Source of the DNA: Blastocystis sp. Blastoise
Lineage: Eukaryota > Protista > Bigyra: Opalinata
Reading direction: 5' to 3'
DNA: 64,000 bases
Assembly: GCA_039096225.1 (NCBI GenBank)
Contig: JBBPEB010000007.1
Span: 868,001 to 932,000, forward strand
The translations under genes were made by a program, and so were the position numbers. Positions 15,556 to 44,300 of this stretch are shown here, piece after piece (position 1 is the first letter of the stretch; every line of letters begins with the position of its first letter). The notes below the pieces were generated by a model. It was not told the origin of the DNA. It made no database searches and saw only the letters and a list, made by a program, of their open reading frames with translations.

Positions 15556-17453
15556 ATGCTTGCTAAAGTCGTCAATGTATTTATTCAATATTTAATTTTC
15601 ATAAGTTTTAGAAACAATGTATTCGCTATTTTTCTGGTTGCTCTCATGCTTCAAGGATTGGAGAACTTCATGTATATTCTTTTCATCACTTTTTCACTCA
15701 AAGTATTATTCTATTGTTCCTTTTTATATAGGAAGCTATCAAAACCGGTCCTGATTTTGACACTTTTGTGAATAAAGAAGATAAAAATGAAGGAGGTTGT
15801 CATCCTCATCCAGTAAAGAAAAATAAGAAGCTTCATAGATTACCTCCTTGGTTAAAAGCCGAATTACCTTCTGGAGAAAACTATCTTCATCTTAAGAATA
15901 CTGTATATATATATGAATTATGTTATATATATAATAGATAGCTTTTATATATATATAATTTCACCTATATCTCGTTCTATAGGTTGAAAAATTAAATTTA
16001 GCCACAGTTTGTCAAGAAGCAAAATGTCCAAATATTGGTGAATGTTGGAATGGTAAGGAAGGCTTAGCTACTGCTACTATTATGCTTATGGGAGATACTT
16101 GTACTCGTGGTTGTAAATTTTGTAATGTTAAAACATCATCACATCCTAAACCTGTTGATCCTAATGTATATTATTATTTTTTTATTTTTATTTTCATAGA
16201 TATTTTTATTTTTATTTATCCTAGATAATTTTATTTTTATTTTTTTTTATCCTAGATATATTATTATTATTTATATATGATATTTATACATTATTTTTCT
16301 TTCATGTTATATATACTTTATTAAACATTATTACTTATAACATAAAAGTTTTTTCTTCTTTATATATATATATATATATATAGGAGCCAGTTCATGTAGC
16401 TCAAGCTGTAGCCGATTGGGGTCTTAGTTATGTTGTTCTTACAAGTGTAGATAGAGATGATATGCCCGATTTAGGAGCTTCTCATATTACACAAACAATT
16501 CAAGAATTAAAGAAAAGAGCTCCAAAAATACTTGTTGAATGTTTAACACCTGATTTCCAAGGGAAAAAAGAATTAATTGAACAAGTAGCTATGTCAGGTT
16601 TAAATGTTTATGCACATAATATTGAAACTGTAGAAAGACTTACTGTATATAAATATATTTATATTATTTCTTCCTTTTTATTATTGTAAATCTTCTTTAT
16701 ATCAATTTTTTATTATTAACATATATCATATAATAAAGAAGATATATATATATATTATTTCTATTTCTATTTAGGAAGATGTTCGTGATTATCGTGCTCA
16801 TTATAGACAATCTCTTAAGGTATTAGAAATAGCAAAAGCAAAAAATCCTAAATTAATTACCAAATCTTCTATTATGCTTGGTTTAGGTGAAACAGATGAA
16901 GAAGTATTTTATTTATTTGAATTTATTTATTTTTATTTAAAATTATTATTTATTAAAAATTATTATTTATTTATTTTTTATTTATTTTAATATTTATTTA
17001 TTTTTCATTTAATATTATAATTATTTAGAATTATTTCATAATAATTAATATCCTTTTATGTTATAATTATATTTAGGTTCTTCAAACAATGAAAGATCTT
17101 TTAAATAGTGGAGTTGAAATCTTAACTCTTGGACAATATTTACGTCCTACAAAAGGTCATATTCCGGTTGTATCATTTCCTACACCTGAACAATATAATG
17201 CATGGAAAATCAAAGGAGAAGAACTTGGATTTAAATATGTTGCTTCATCACCACTTGTCAGATCCTCATACAAAGCTGGAGGTATGTATTCTATTCATTT
17301 CCATATTGATTTATTGTCTGAATGTTATCATTCGTGTTTATTTTTTTTTATAATTTGTATCCTCCTATTGTTATCCTATTGTTTTATATTTATATAGAGT
17401 TTTATCTTAAAAGCATGCTCAAGGATCGCGAAAATAATGAAAAGAAGAATTAA
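15556..17453 (+). CDS. LIAS: Lipoyl synthase, mitochondrial/MRO-type, multi-exon
   Basis: [30 protein letters not shown] (radical SAM), [39 protein letters not shown]-terminus resembles a targeting peptide. Confidence 0.97.
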
Positions 17454-18012
17454 TCATTTGTCACATCACTTTATAAATGCTTTTGCTTATTCATTTATTC
17501 ATTTCATATTATATATATAATGGGGTTTCACTTTATACTTGTTATTAATGAATGTGTTCTAAATCATTTTTTTGCATTTCGTGTTATGTTGTACTCCTTG
17601 ATCATATATATTAACATAAAATGATGTACATACACTCATAGTTGATAAATAATATTTTTTAAGAAATTAATATGCTAATAATATAAGACAACTCAGATAT
17701 AATTATATAAAATATTTTTTTTTTCTCGAAATTCTTTGTAAATTATTATTTTTTCGTTATCCTTATATTCCCTTTTAAAAGATTAAGTATGTTATAATAC
17801 AGAAGACACTGAATAATAAAAACCAAAAAATCTCTTTTTTTGATGGTTTTAAGATTTGTAGATGCATTAAAAAATATTATTTAACTTGAAAAAACAATTC
17901 TACGAGTATCAACAATCATTATTAAAACAATAAATTCGTTTATTAAGATGTATATAACGATAAATAAATGAATAACTAAATATATAAAAAAAAAAAATCG
18001 AAAACAAAAATT

Positions 18013-18083
18013 TGCACCAGCCGGGAATCGAACCCGGGTCTGTTCCGTGGCAGGGAACTATCTTACCACTGGACCACTGGTGC
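18013..18083 (-). tRNA. tRNA-Gly(GCC)
   Basis: GCACCAGTGGTCCAGTGGTAAGATAGTTCCCTGCCACGGAACAGACCCGGGTTCGATTCCCGGCTGGTGCA. Canonical cloverleaf followed by T-runs. Confidence 0.97.
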
Positions 18084-18659
18084 ATGCTATTTTTCTATAA
18101 TGTATACTAATTGAGAAACCTATTTTATTTTGAATAATGTCGATCAAATACAGTATTGACTATTCGCTATGTTGCCACTCATAGAAAACTATACGCAAAG
18201 AATAGAACAACTGCTAATTAATCATGATTCAACAACAGTGCAAACAATACTAATTTCTTTAGGCTATTTCTTATTAGAAAATAGTAGAAACTTACTGAAA
18301 ACATGCGCAAATTACAAATGACATACTATTTTAAAAATCTAATTCATAATTAACATTATTGTGAATGTACCTAATACATAATTTGAAAAATAATTTCAGA
18401 ACAATGCTTAGAAATATATTGGAGAATTAATGATATATCATTTATCTAGAATTTAGACATTCATGAATATAGACTTTGTTTAATCAAAGTTGATAACAGA
18501 ATTTTAATATAGAACTAATATAGAACAATCATTATATATTAGTAAAATTTTGTATAAACATCATTTCAGTATAAAAATATGAACACCAAAAATTGTTGTT
18601 TTTTGTTTTAATTTTAACCAATATTTACTATTAGAAACTATTTTAATTACTTGTTTTCA

Positions 18660-25463
<6,804 letters not shown>

Positions 25464-25907
25464 ATAGGTTTTATTTATGATAAACAAAAAATGTATATAG
25501 CTGTTTATTTAGTAAAATTGTTGTTGTTATTATTTTTGTGTTTTATTATTATGTACGTTAAGTTTTTAATATTATTTTATATTTTGATCTATCATCATAG
25601 TCAACAACTATTCTATAATGAATTTAGACTAACTACTTATTATAGTATTCAATTTATGATTATTACTTACTATTAATAAGATACTTATATTAAACATATA
25701 AGATAAATTTAATTTTACAACCCATATTTATAAATGAAAAAACCAAAACAAAGCAACAAAAAACTAGACGATTTTATTTAACTGAAACGAACGATAAAAA
25801 GATACTAAATAAATAAAATTTACTAAATTTTGAAAAGAAAATATATACTAAAAATCAGTATTAGAAAAAAGGTAATTATGATTTAATTAGTAAGAGATAC
25901 TTCTTGT

Positions 25908-28900
25908 TTAATGAAGATTATACATGTAAACAGCCTTAAATTGAGTCTTAAAGCTCTTACCAACGAAATAGTTGATGAAAGTTAAAATAGCATCAGATTT
26001 AGCTTCAACAATAGCAGCTTCACCTTGAACAGCATAAATAGTATTATCTAAGTATTCTAAGAAGTATGTCTTTTGTTCTTCATTTCTGAAACGAAGTTCA
26101 GTATAGAAAGCAGTATTCTTATATACTCCAGGTTGAGCTTCATCAGGAACTTCACCTTTAATCATAAATACATTAACATCAAAGTCTTCAAAGAGATGTT
26201 CAAAATAAAAACCAGTAGGATGTCCAATGAAACGAAGGAAAGCACGAGCAAGAGCATATTGAATATCAGAACTAGCTCCTCTAGGATCCATATTTTCAAT
26301 AACAATCTTAAGATGAATATCAGACCATTTATTAGTAGAACCAGCAATATATTGATTATAAGAATTAGTAGTATAATCCTTATAGAGAGATTCATAATAT
26401 TTAGATCTACAATAACGAGTTACAGCACCATCAAAGACAGTTCCATCAACGGAAGTGAAAGCGGAATAACCATAATAATAAAGAATAGTATCAGGATAAG
26501 TGATTTCATCAACAGTAGCAACTTTTTGTTCAGTAGCATCAACAGTTTCATAATAAGAATAATCAACACCACTATCTGTAAGTTCATAACAAACATCAGC
26601 TCTAGCTTTAGCGAAAGCATCATTAACTTCTAATTTATAAACACTCCAGAAATATTGAGTAGTTTCCATAAGTTTAGCATTAACAGCATCCATAAAAGAA
26701 GTTTCATAGAACATTAATTGAGCATCATTAGCAGAATCATATACAGTATCAAATACAACTTCAAGAAGATTACTATATTCACCAGCTTCATTACTGAAAT
26801 CAATCTTAGTAACATATACATCACTTACAGGAGTAGTAGAAACTTCAGTAATAGCAAATAAGATTTGTTCTTTAAACCAGAAAGAAGAAGGAACAATATT
26901 ATATTGTTCAGCATTATCTCTAGCAACAACTTCAAAGACTACTTTAGTATAAGAAGAACCAGCAGGAACAAGTTTAGTAGTTTCAGCTTCAAATCTATTT
27001 CTATGACAAACAGAGATCATCTTAACAAGAGAAGCACGCTTAAGAATAGAGTTATAAGCACAATAACTTTCAGAAGTAGTATCAGTAACATCATCACAAA
27101 CTTCTTCATAAGTCTTAGCACTAGGAGTTAAAGAAGCAAGAGTAGGTACATTATAAGCATCACCACAAGTAGGTCTTATATACATATTATAACTAACAAT
27201 ACCAATTGAACAAGTAAAGTGATCATAAGTAGAAACAGCAAAATTAAATTGGAATTGATTATCTACAATAGAAACAGAATATTGAGAATTACTATCAGTA
27301 TTCTTATTTAATTCAACAGAGCCATCAAAACATTTAACATCATCAACAGTTTGTCCAAATGTATTTTCTAAACTTAAATCCTTATCTTGTTTACCAATAA
27401 CATCATTACAAGCAACTTTATTTAAAAGCGTAACACCAACAGCTTTAGTAGTAATAATATATTTATTAGTATCGGTAATAGTAGGAACAAATTGAATATA
27501 GAATGTAGTAGGACCAGAATTAGTATAAGCACCAGTAAGAGTAACACGAGTAAGATCTTCAATAGTAGTAGGAACAGAGAGACCATAATTAGAACAAGCA
27601 ACAGCACTAGATAAAGAGCTAGTACTATAACATTGCATGGTATAACCAGTAATACCAACACAAGCACCATTATCTTGAGCACAACGAAGATTTAATTTAG
27701 TTATATCATCTAAAAAGTGAGTAATAACAGGAGCATCAGTAATACCAACAGTAACAGCATTGATTAAAGTAGAATCATCATAAACATCAAAATTAACACT
27801 TTGTTGGACGAAAAGATCGAAATCAAAATAACAATCAGAAGTACTCTTAATATCATTATTATGTTCAGCAGGAGAAGAAGGATTATTAAGGACAGAATAA
27901 TATTCACCTTCAATAGAAGTATCTAATTGGAATTCACCACCATAATAAGTATTACTAGTTAAAATACTAGCCTTGAACATAGAAGGATGAGCTTGAGATT
28001 CTACAACACTTCCATCAAGTTTAGTATAAGTAATTTGTTCAACAGAAGAACCAGTAGACCAAGCAGTACAAGCAACATTGGCTCTCTGTTTATTTCTCAG
28101 ACGAATACGATAAGTAGATTGATCTAAACATAAGAAGACTCTGAAATAAGGATCAAAACGACCACCAAGGAAATTAGCTAAACCATAATATTGAGTCATA
28201 GCAGTTTGAGCATATTCACCAGTAATATCATCACGTTTAAAGATTTCAAAACCTTCAGTACCACCATTAGTAGTAGCTAATTTATCAAAGACAACAACTC
28301 TTTGGTTTTCAGCACAATCTACAGGACCAAGATGAATAGTAAGAGTATTAGAAGTACTACCAGCAGAAGAAGTAAAAGCGAAATCACCTACAATATAACC
28401 AGTATAGGCAGTTTCTCCTTCACGTTGTTCAGATAAAGTAGAGAAAGTCACATAAGAATCAGAAGTCCAAGCAGTAGTTAAAACTCCAGTACCAGTAGCA
28501 CGAAGTGTGTATAATTCTAAAGTATAATCATCCTTAGGTAAACAAACAGCATACTCAGCAACAAGACCCTTAAGAGCAGAACCAGTATTTCTAAGATAAC
28601 GACCCCAACCAGTAGTAGATTGATCATTAACATCAATAGTATCACCAACTAATTCACCTTGAGAATTCTTAAGAGTGAAAACTTCACGTAAAGTATTACC
28701 ATTATGAACTCTAGTTACAAGAACGGGATATTCACCAGCATTAGTACAATCGAACTTTTCAATATTAACAACTTTATTAGGTTCATCTTCAGGACCAGTT
28801 CTAATAGTGAAAGAAGTTTTCTTTTCAAAGGTAGAAACTAGAACTTTACCAGAGAAAATATAATCAGTTTTAATAAATTGTAAACCAAGAGCAGTTTCAC

Positions 28901-29638
28901 CTTCAAAACTTAAGGCAGTAAGATAATTACCAGGAACACTAGCTGTAGCTCCACCAATAGTATTATCATTATTTAAAGTAAGAGCAATTTCAGGTCTAAT
29001 TTCAGTAGGAGTAAAAGCATCAACGAAAATAGTTTCGGTAATTCTATTAATAGAAGGAGTATAAAGATTAACAGTATCAATTTCACTAACACTAAAGGCT
29101 TGAGTATAGGAACCAACTGTTTGATAACAAACACCAGTATAATAATTTTTACTTGTATAATCGCTAACTTTTACACAAAAACCTCTGACAGCAGAACTAT
29201 CAATAGTGAATAAATAATCATAAATACTAGCATTATCAGCAGTTTCAGAAACTAAACATAAATTAATCTTAGCAGTACCAGCCTTAATTTGTTGAGCAGT
29301 GTAAGATAAAAAGGTAGGGCAGTTTCCAGTAACAAAGTTAGCAGCATCAGTAACAGGAAAACCACAGACACTTGTATAAGGTAGAATATCACTGGTTTGA
29401 GGATCCAAAAAGGTTGGGCTAACAGTGACAATATCAGAATTAGCAGGGTTACCAATTAAATTACCAGTTAATTCAATAGTGAATAGACGGTAATTGACAG
29501 TATCATCATTACCACAAGCTAATGAAATTTAAAATTAATTATGTTAATAGGTAGAACAAAAATGTTGGAATCATAGAGAAACATACTTCTTTGAGCAAGA
29601 GTGATAGCTAAAATAAAAAGAAGAATTAAAGACTTCAT
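25908..29638 (-). CDS. Large (~1,220 aa) secreted modular protein, signal peptide, one intron (29586-29519)
   Basis: MKSLILLFILAITLAQR|TCGNDD... runs into the 1166-aa ORF. Modules such as VCLPKDDYTLEL...AWTSDSYV resemble those in the other two large surface proteins. Confidence 0.9.
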
Positions 29639-29833
29639 TATTATTCTATTAATAAAAAAAATTAAATTAGACTCTCTTTACAAAAGTGAAGACCATTCTT
29701 TTCCTGATCGAATATAAATGTATGAGGATCGAAAAAGTCTATGATTATCATGATAAAACAATAACCAATAATAATCCTTATACATCTTTAGTATTTTGTT
29801 TCTGTTTCATGATAGTCATTTGTTATCCTATTT

Positions 29834-32732
<2,899 letters not shown>

Positions 32733-33398
32733 ATTTTACTGATTTCCTATTTTATTTTTTTTGTTTTTTTTATTATGTAAATAAAGCTTCATTTCATTTT
32801 TGTAATGCAAGAAAAGTATGAAATATGTAAAATTCTTAAAAAAAGATTAATTGTCACTTTTTAAATACGTTTTTTAACGTTGAAATGAATATCGCGTATT
32901 TTTAAATAACTTGACGACTCTAAATTATAGACTTTTAATCGAATAATTTTAGCTATCCAATTTTTATATAAAGATCATTTGTCCTTTCTACCGATATATA
33001 TAATGATTCTATTTACAAGTAAGTGTCTTATGACTTTGAGAGGAGTATTATTCTGTTCTTTATCACAATGTGTTTTAAACAATTCTTTTAGTCACTTAAT
33101 AATTGTATTATTTTAGAGCGTTCATGTATTCTGCATAAAGTATAATATGCCAATAAGCATTTCATGTCGAATTTCTATATTTATATTAGTTAATTCAAAA
33201 TTGTTTTCTTTTATGCTTATTTATGGAAAAATGAAAAATTCTTTGATTATAAAAAATAGTTCTTACTATGAAAACAAAAGAAAAACATATAATAAAGAAT
33301 ATATAAAAAAATAATTAATAAGGAAAGAAATTTTTCGTTAATAATAAATAAAAATCTATGATGAAAAATATATAAATAAGAAAAATAAAATAAGACTT

Positions 33399-38062
<4,664 letters not shown>

Positions 38063-38318
38063 TCTTGTAAACTATTTATTTATATAAAAAAAAAGTATTT
38101 TTCTTTAGAATTTTTTTTGATAAACTGAATATATTCCAGACGTATTTCAGTTTTCAATCAGACTTGATGTTTGTCCCGTTGTTTTTTAACAACAAGATAC
38201 AGTGTTTTTCTTGCTTTAATAGTGCCAAGATTATACATAAAGACTATTTGTTGATATATTAAAAATTACAAACATACTACAAGGAAGTTCAGAATAAGGA
38301 AAAATAAAAAATATCTAG

Positions 38319-41300
38319 ATGATGCTCTGTTCCTTCGTTGCACTGTTGTGCTTATTAACAATAATTTCGTCATCTAATAATGGTAAAATGATGCTTAATT
38401 TTTTAATATATATAATTTAGATTGTGATGGTCGTAATCGGTATGAGATTCAAATAATTAAATATTTTGGAGGAGAAGCAATAAGAGAATCTTGGGAAATT
38501 CAGCAATTATACAAGGTGTATTCACCGACTATTTATAATGATCATGGATTTATTACAGATATACCAAACACAAATCGATCAACTATTATATGTCTTGTTA
38601 AGAATGTCAAATATAAGATAATATTAACATCAAGGTATATTTTTATATATATTATATAAATCTATTTATGAATATATAGTTTAAAAGCTGGTTGGGGATC
38701 TAGTTCTTTAGATAAAACACAATTAGAGTTTCGATATCATAATATTCCATTTTACACTTTAAATATTCCTTACTCTTCTATTCAACAGAGTAAAACTATC
38801 TCTGGTGTTATGAATAGTATATATATTTTTTATTTTTTTTTACCTTGTATTATTCAATATAAGTTTTGTTAAATATTATATAATAGTTTTATTGATGAAT
38901 ATATAAATGAAATAGAACATGTTTAATAATTATATTTATCTAGCTAATTTCTATATAAATGATTCATCAAAGTGGTACTTTTCAGAAGATATTCAATTGC
39001 CCAAGTGGTATATACCTAGTTCAATGGACTATTTATTATGGAATCAGCTGAATACATTTACTCCTTTTAAAACTTCAATACATTATTATATTATTGATAT
39101 TAATATAGAAGATTCTTTAGCATGGTATACTGAATATGTATTTCGTTATTATGGAAATATTACCATATATATAAATGGTGAACAAGTATTTCATAATGAA
39201 ATAGAACAGTATATATATATATAGTATTTTATTATTATTTTTAATATTATATATATATTTATAATATTACTGTTTGTTGTATAGAGAAAATAATCAGTTA
39301 AGAAATGCTACAATTGAATCAAAACTCGCAAGGTATATTCTATTCTATAGAATTCATTAGACTATATATTATTCTCTATTATTTCTATAGTTTCTCTATT
39401 CCTCTTCGTTTCTACTTAAATATAGTATCTTATATACATATAGCAATACAAGTAGAATCAACGATATTAAATAATAATGATCCTTTTGAAGGATTTATGA
39501 TTATTCCTATGGAACAAGATGGTATATATATATTTATGTGTTTATTATATAATTGTATACTCTTTATATGTAATGTTGTTTATTTTATATCTTATTTATT
39601 ATATAATGTATCTTAATTATTATATTATATATCTTATTATATAATATATTTTAATTATTATAAAATATATCTTATTATATAATATATTTTAATTATTATA
39701 AAATATATCTTATTATATAATATATTTTAATTATTATAAAATATATCTTATTATATAATATATTTTAATTATTATAAAATATATCTTATTATATAATATA
39801 TTTTAATTATTATAAAATATATCTTATTATATAATATATTTTAATTATTATAAAATATATCTTATTATATAATATATTTTAATTATTATAAAATATATCT
39901 TATTATATAATGTATCTTAATTATTATATATCCACATTTATTATATGTAATCTTATTTATGCTATGTATAAAAACAATGTATTATCTAATTACATAATAT
40001 ATATAGTGAATCATATTTTATTATCTTCATCCAATACTATTACATGCTCAATTACTAGTTCGTCTTCCTTTTCTTCTTCTATAACCAATAAATATATTAT
40101 TAATGATAATTGCCAAAGCTTATTAACCAATGATAGTGAAGAAGCTTATATATATAATACACATACTGTCAGTATTGATATTACATTTCCTTATTCAAAG
40201 TATATATTATTATACATATTCTTCTAATTATTGTCTATTTATATACATTTTCTATTATTATTCTATATTCCTATATACATAGGAACCAATGGATTAATCA
40301 ATATGCTATATATATACCAAAAAATATATTGACAGATAATAAATCAAATACTACAAATATATATTCAAAAGATTCTTCTATTTCTTCTTTATCTTATACT
40401 TGGACACTTTATGGTATACATCAAAATCAACAAGTTAAATTAGATTATAAAGAAGATATATTATTTGATAGTACAAATACAGAAGCATCTTTCTTTATTT
40501 TTCATAATAGATGGTTTTTTGAAACCTATCGATTTGTTATAGGTATATATATTTTTATTTTTATATTGATATTTTATTATGTACTATAATTTATATAATT
40601 TTTATAATCTATATAATTTATATATTATTCTATTTCTTTGACAATGATTCAATTATATTTTATTAATAATAATTATTGTGATATTTAAAACATATATTTT
40701 ATTACATTCTATAATTTTATAAATATATATATGTATATCTTTCTAGAGAATAGTAAAAATATTAATATAATTGCTTTACAAACAATTCAGTTATTTATAA
40801 CTGATCATATACCTATTGACCTTGATATTAAATATTCACAAGATATATATTATCCTATTCAATATAGTTCATTATCAATATTACCCCTTTATGCTTCATT
40901 CTCTGAGTATTCTATTGTAAACTCTACATTTCCTTCTCTTAATAATATATATATTAATGGGAATACAGGAAGTATTAAAGTAAATGGAACAGATCTTGGT
41001 GATTATTTAGTAACCATACAAGCATATAACGAAATACAACAAATTTATAACCAAAAAACAATTAGATTTATTGTTACATGTATATAAGATTTTTTTCTAT
41101 ATGCTTTATATATATACTTATATATTATTCAAGTTATATTAACTTGTAGATATATTATACAAAATAAGTTTTGTTGTAAATATTATTTTATTATTTTATT
41201 ATTTGATTATTTTATTATTATTCTTATATATATTTATATACATATTCTTCAAGTAATATTACCAATTATAAATATATAATAAAAAAATAATATTTATTAT

Positions 41301-44300
41301 ACATCTATAGTATGTTCTCCACCATTATATTCCTATATAAAGTTAAATCTTTATTCTCAATCAAGTTATTCTTATTCAGAATTATATATATATGAATCTT
41401 CTGATTTTAATTTAACTACTACTGAAAATAATATGAATACTATTCAACCTATATTTACTCATAAAGGTATTAATTATCATACAGAACGTATATATCAAAT
41501 ATGTATACCTCTTTCTCTAAAAACAATTATATATAAACATTCAGATAGTAGCCATTATACTCAATTCTTACAGATATATGCTATAAGTATAAATATAAAT
41601 AAGAAGAATAATATTTTATTACAAAGAACATGTAGAGGGAAAAGTGAATGTAAAATATCTTTTTATCCAGGATATCATATATATTCTTCTGCTTCATGGA
41701 AATCTATTCCTTTTTCGGATTCTATACCTTCTTCTTGGAATACAATCAATTTCGATGATTCTGATTGGCCTACTTATATATATTATGAAAATAGAACACT
41801 TTCTATAAGTTCTTCAATTACTCTATATCGGCATTCTTTTCAACTAATACATAAAGATTTGATTACTTCATTATCTTTTCAAATATATACTTTACATGGA
41901 TTTATTCTCTATTTAAATGGACAAGAATTAAAACGGTATAGAATATATGATGATATAGAATTATCAGAAGAATTAAAAGCTAATGAAATTAGTAAAAATA
42001 TACAATTTTTTATTATTACTTATTCTTCAGATGTTTTAGTTGAAGGAAAAAATACAGTTTCTATTGCAACTATTTCAAATATTACTAATAGATATTTAGA
42101 TCCTATAATAACAGCAACATCAATCTCTGATGTTTTGTCGAAAGAATATTTTTATACTAATAAAGATATTTATATATATAGAAATGATGATATATCAGAA
42201 TTTAATAAATTTACTTTCTTTTTTAGTTTATTACAATTATTATATCATTCAGATTATTATTTTATAAATGATATTGCAAGTATTTATATAGATGATGTGT
42301 TACAAGATTCCTCTTCTTCTTCTTCTTTTACTACTACAAGTAAACAATATATAACTTCTACTTCTTCTATATGTCCTCTTTCTTCTTCATATATTCCTAT
42401 ACCTGAATATACAACTTCTCCTTTTTCTCTTTTTGATATGAATATATATAATTCATGGAAATATCCATTTACAACTAGTATGGATCCTATAGAAGTTACT
42501 ATTTTATTTCAATCAAATATATATTTACATATGAATATTATGTGTTTAACATCAAATCCATTATATGATAAATATAATCCTTATGATTGGAGATTATATG
42601 GATTAATGAAAATAAATCGTACTACGAATTCTACTATTTCTTCTTCAATTTTAGAAAATAATTATAATGAAGAATATTTATATGTATCAAGAAGAGATCT
42701 TTTTCAATCTTATTCGTATACGAAATGTTATTATTTATTAAATAGTACAAAAGCATATGATGGTTATCGATTAATATTTGAAGGACAACGACAAATAGAA
42801 CAAAGTAATTATATATCTCTTTCTGAAATTGAATTCTTTACTATGAATTTTAAACAAAGTATTTTACCTCCTTTAACTTTACCTTATACTCATATAATTC
42901 TTCCTGTTACTACTTCTTTTCCTAATATATTTGCAACAGAAGGTTATCATAATTATAAATTAATTTGTGAAAGTTGTCAAATTATTATAAATGAACAACA
43001 TGGATATTTTTTAGATTTTCTTTTATGGTCTTTTGAACGACAAAATGCAACAATTACAGCTTTTGATACAACAGAACAAAAACATTCTTTTCATTTCATT
43101 ATCGAATCTGTTATTTGTTCTAGTCAATATTCAAGTCTTCATTTTTATACATATTTTGATACTAGTATTAGTTCTTTAAAATGGTCTTTATCCTATATAA
43201 ATGGGAAAAAGAATGAATCTTCATTTGCAAATATCTATGAATTCCCTTTAATAGATAAATCTACTATTTTCTTAACAGAAACAACACAATATTATGGATA
43301 TTGTTTAGATAATGGACTTTTTTCTTTTGATATAGAAGATTCATCTAATAATAAATGGTCAAATAGTTTTATTATGTTAAAAAATATTGAAACATCTTTT
43401 CGAATATTTAGAAAAGATGAAGGAAAATATATACATATATCAGTTAATTTAGATTATATAATATCTCATGTAGATTTTACTTGGAAGTTTTTAGAAATTA
43501 CAGAATACCCAACAAATTGGACATCTTTAGTATATAATGATCGTTATTGGAGAATATTTTATTTTGATGATCCTCCATGGACTGAAAGTCATGTTATATT
43601 ATTAAGACATACATTTGAATTAACTGAAGATGATTTTGAGTTATTTCCAGCTTTATCTATTAGTTGTTATTTCTATAGTGGTTGGGTATTATATATAAAT
43701 GGTATACCTATTATGTTATGGAATATGAATCAAGATATAAATTCTCTTAATTCTCAATCATTTTCTTTACTGAGTTATAGTGATATGATTAATTCTGGTA
43801 TTTCTATTCCATTAAAAATACAAAATAGTACAGATTCTGGTTCAATTAGTAATACAATTAATGGTGCTATTTCTAATATATATATTTCTCCACATAAATA
43901 TCCATTTATTTTAGGTACTAATATTATTGCTATAGAATCTCATGAATCTACAATAGAAGATATGTATATACCACAATTTGATTTCTGTCTAAAAAGACTT
44001 CATAATCATGAAAATTTGATGATATTGGGAGATTATAGTAGTAATTGGAATGGTAATAATGATAGAGGTGTTAATTCTTTATTTGATACTGATATTTATA
44101 CATCAGTATATGTTGAAGGAAAATGTTCAGGATTAAAATATCAATGGACATATTCAAATGGAAGAAGAGTATATATTAATTCTTATAAAATGGTTAATGG
44201 AGATGATTGTATTCATTTAAGTCCTACTTCTTGGATTCTAGAAGGTTCTTTAGATGGTAATATATGGATATTATTAGATACAGTTACTTATGTATATTGG

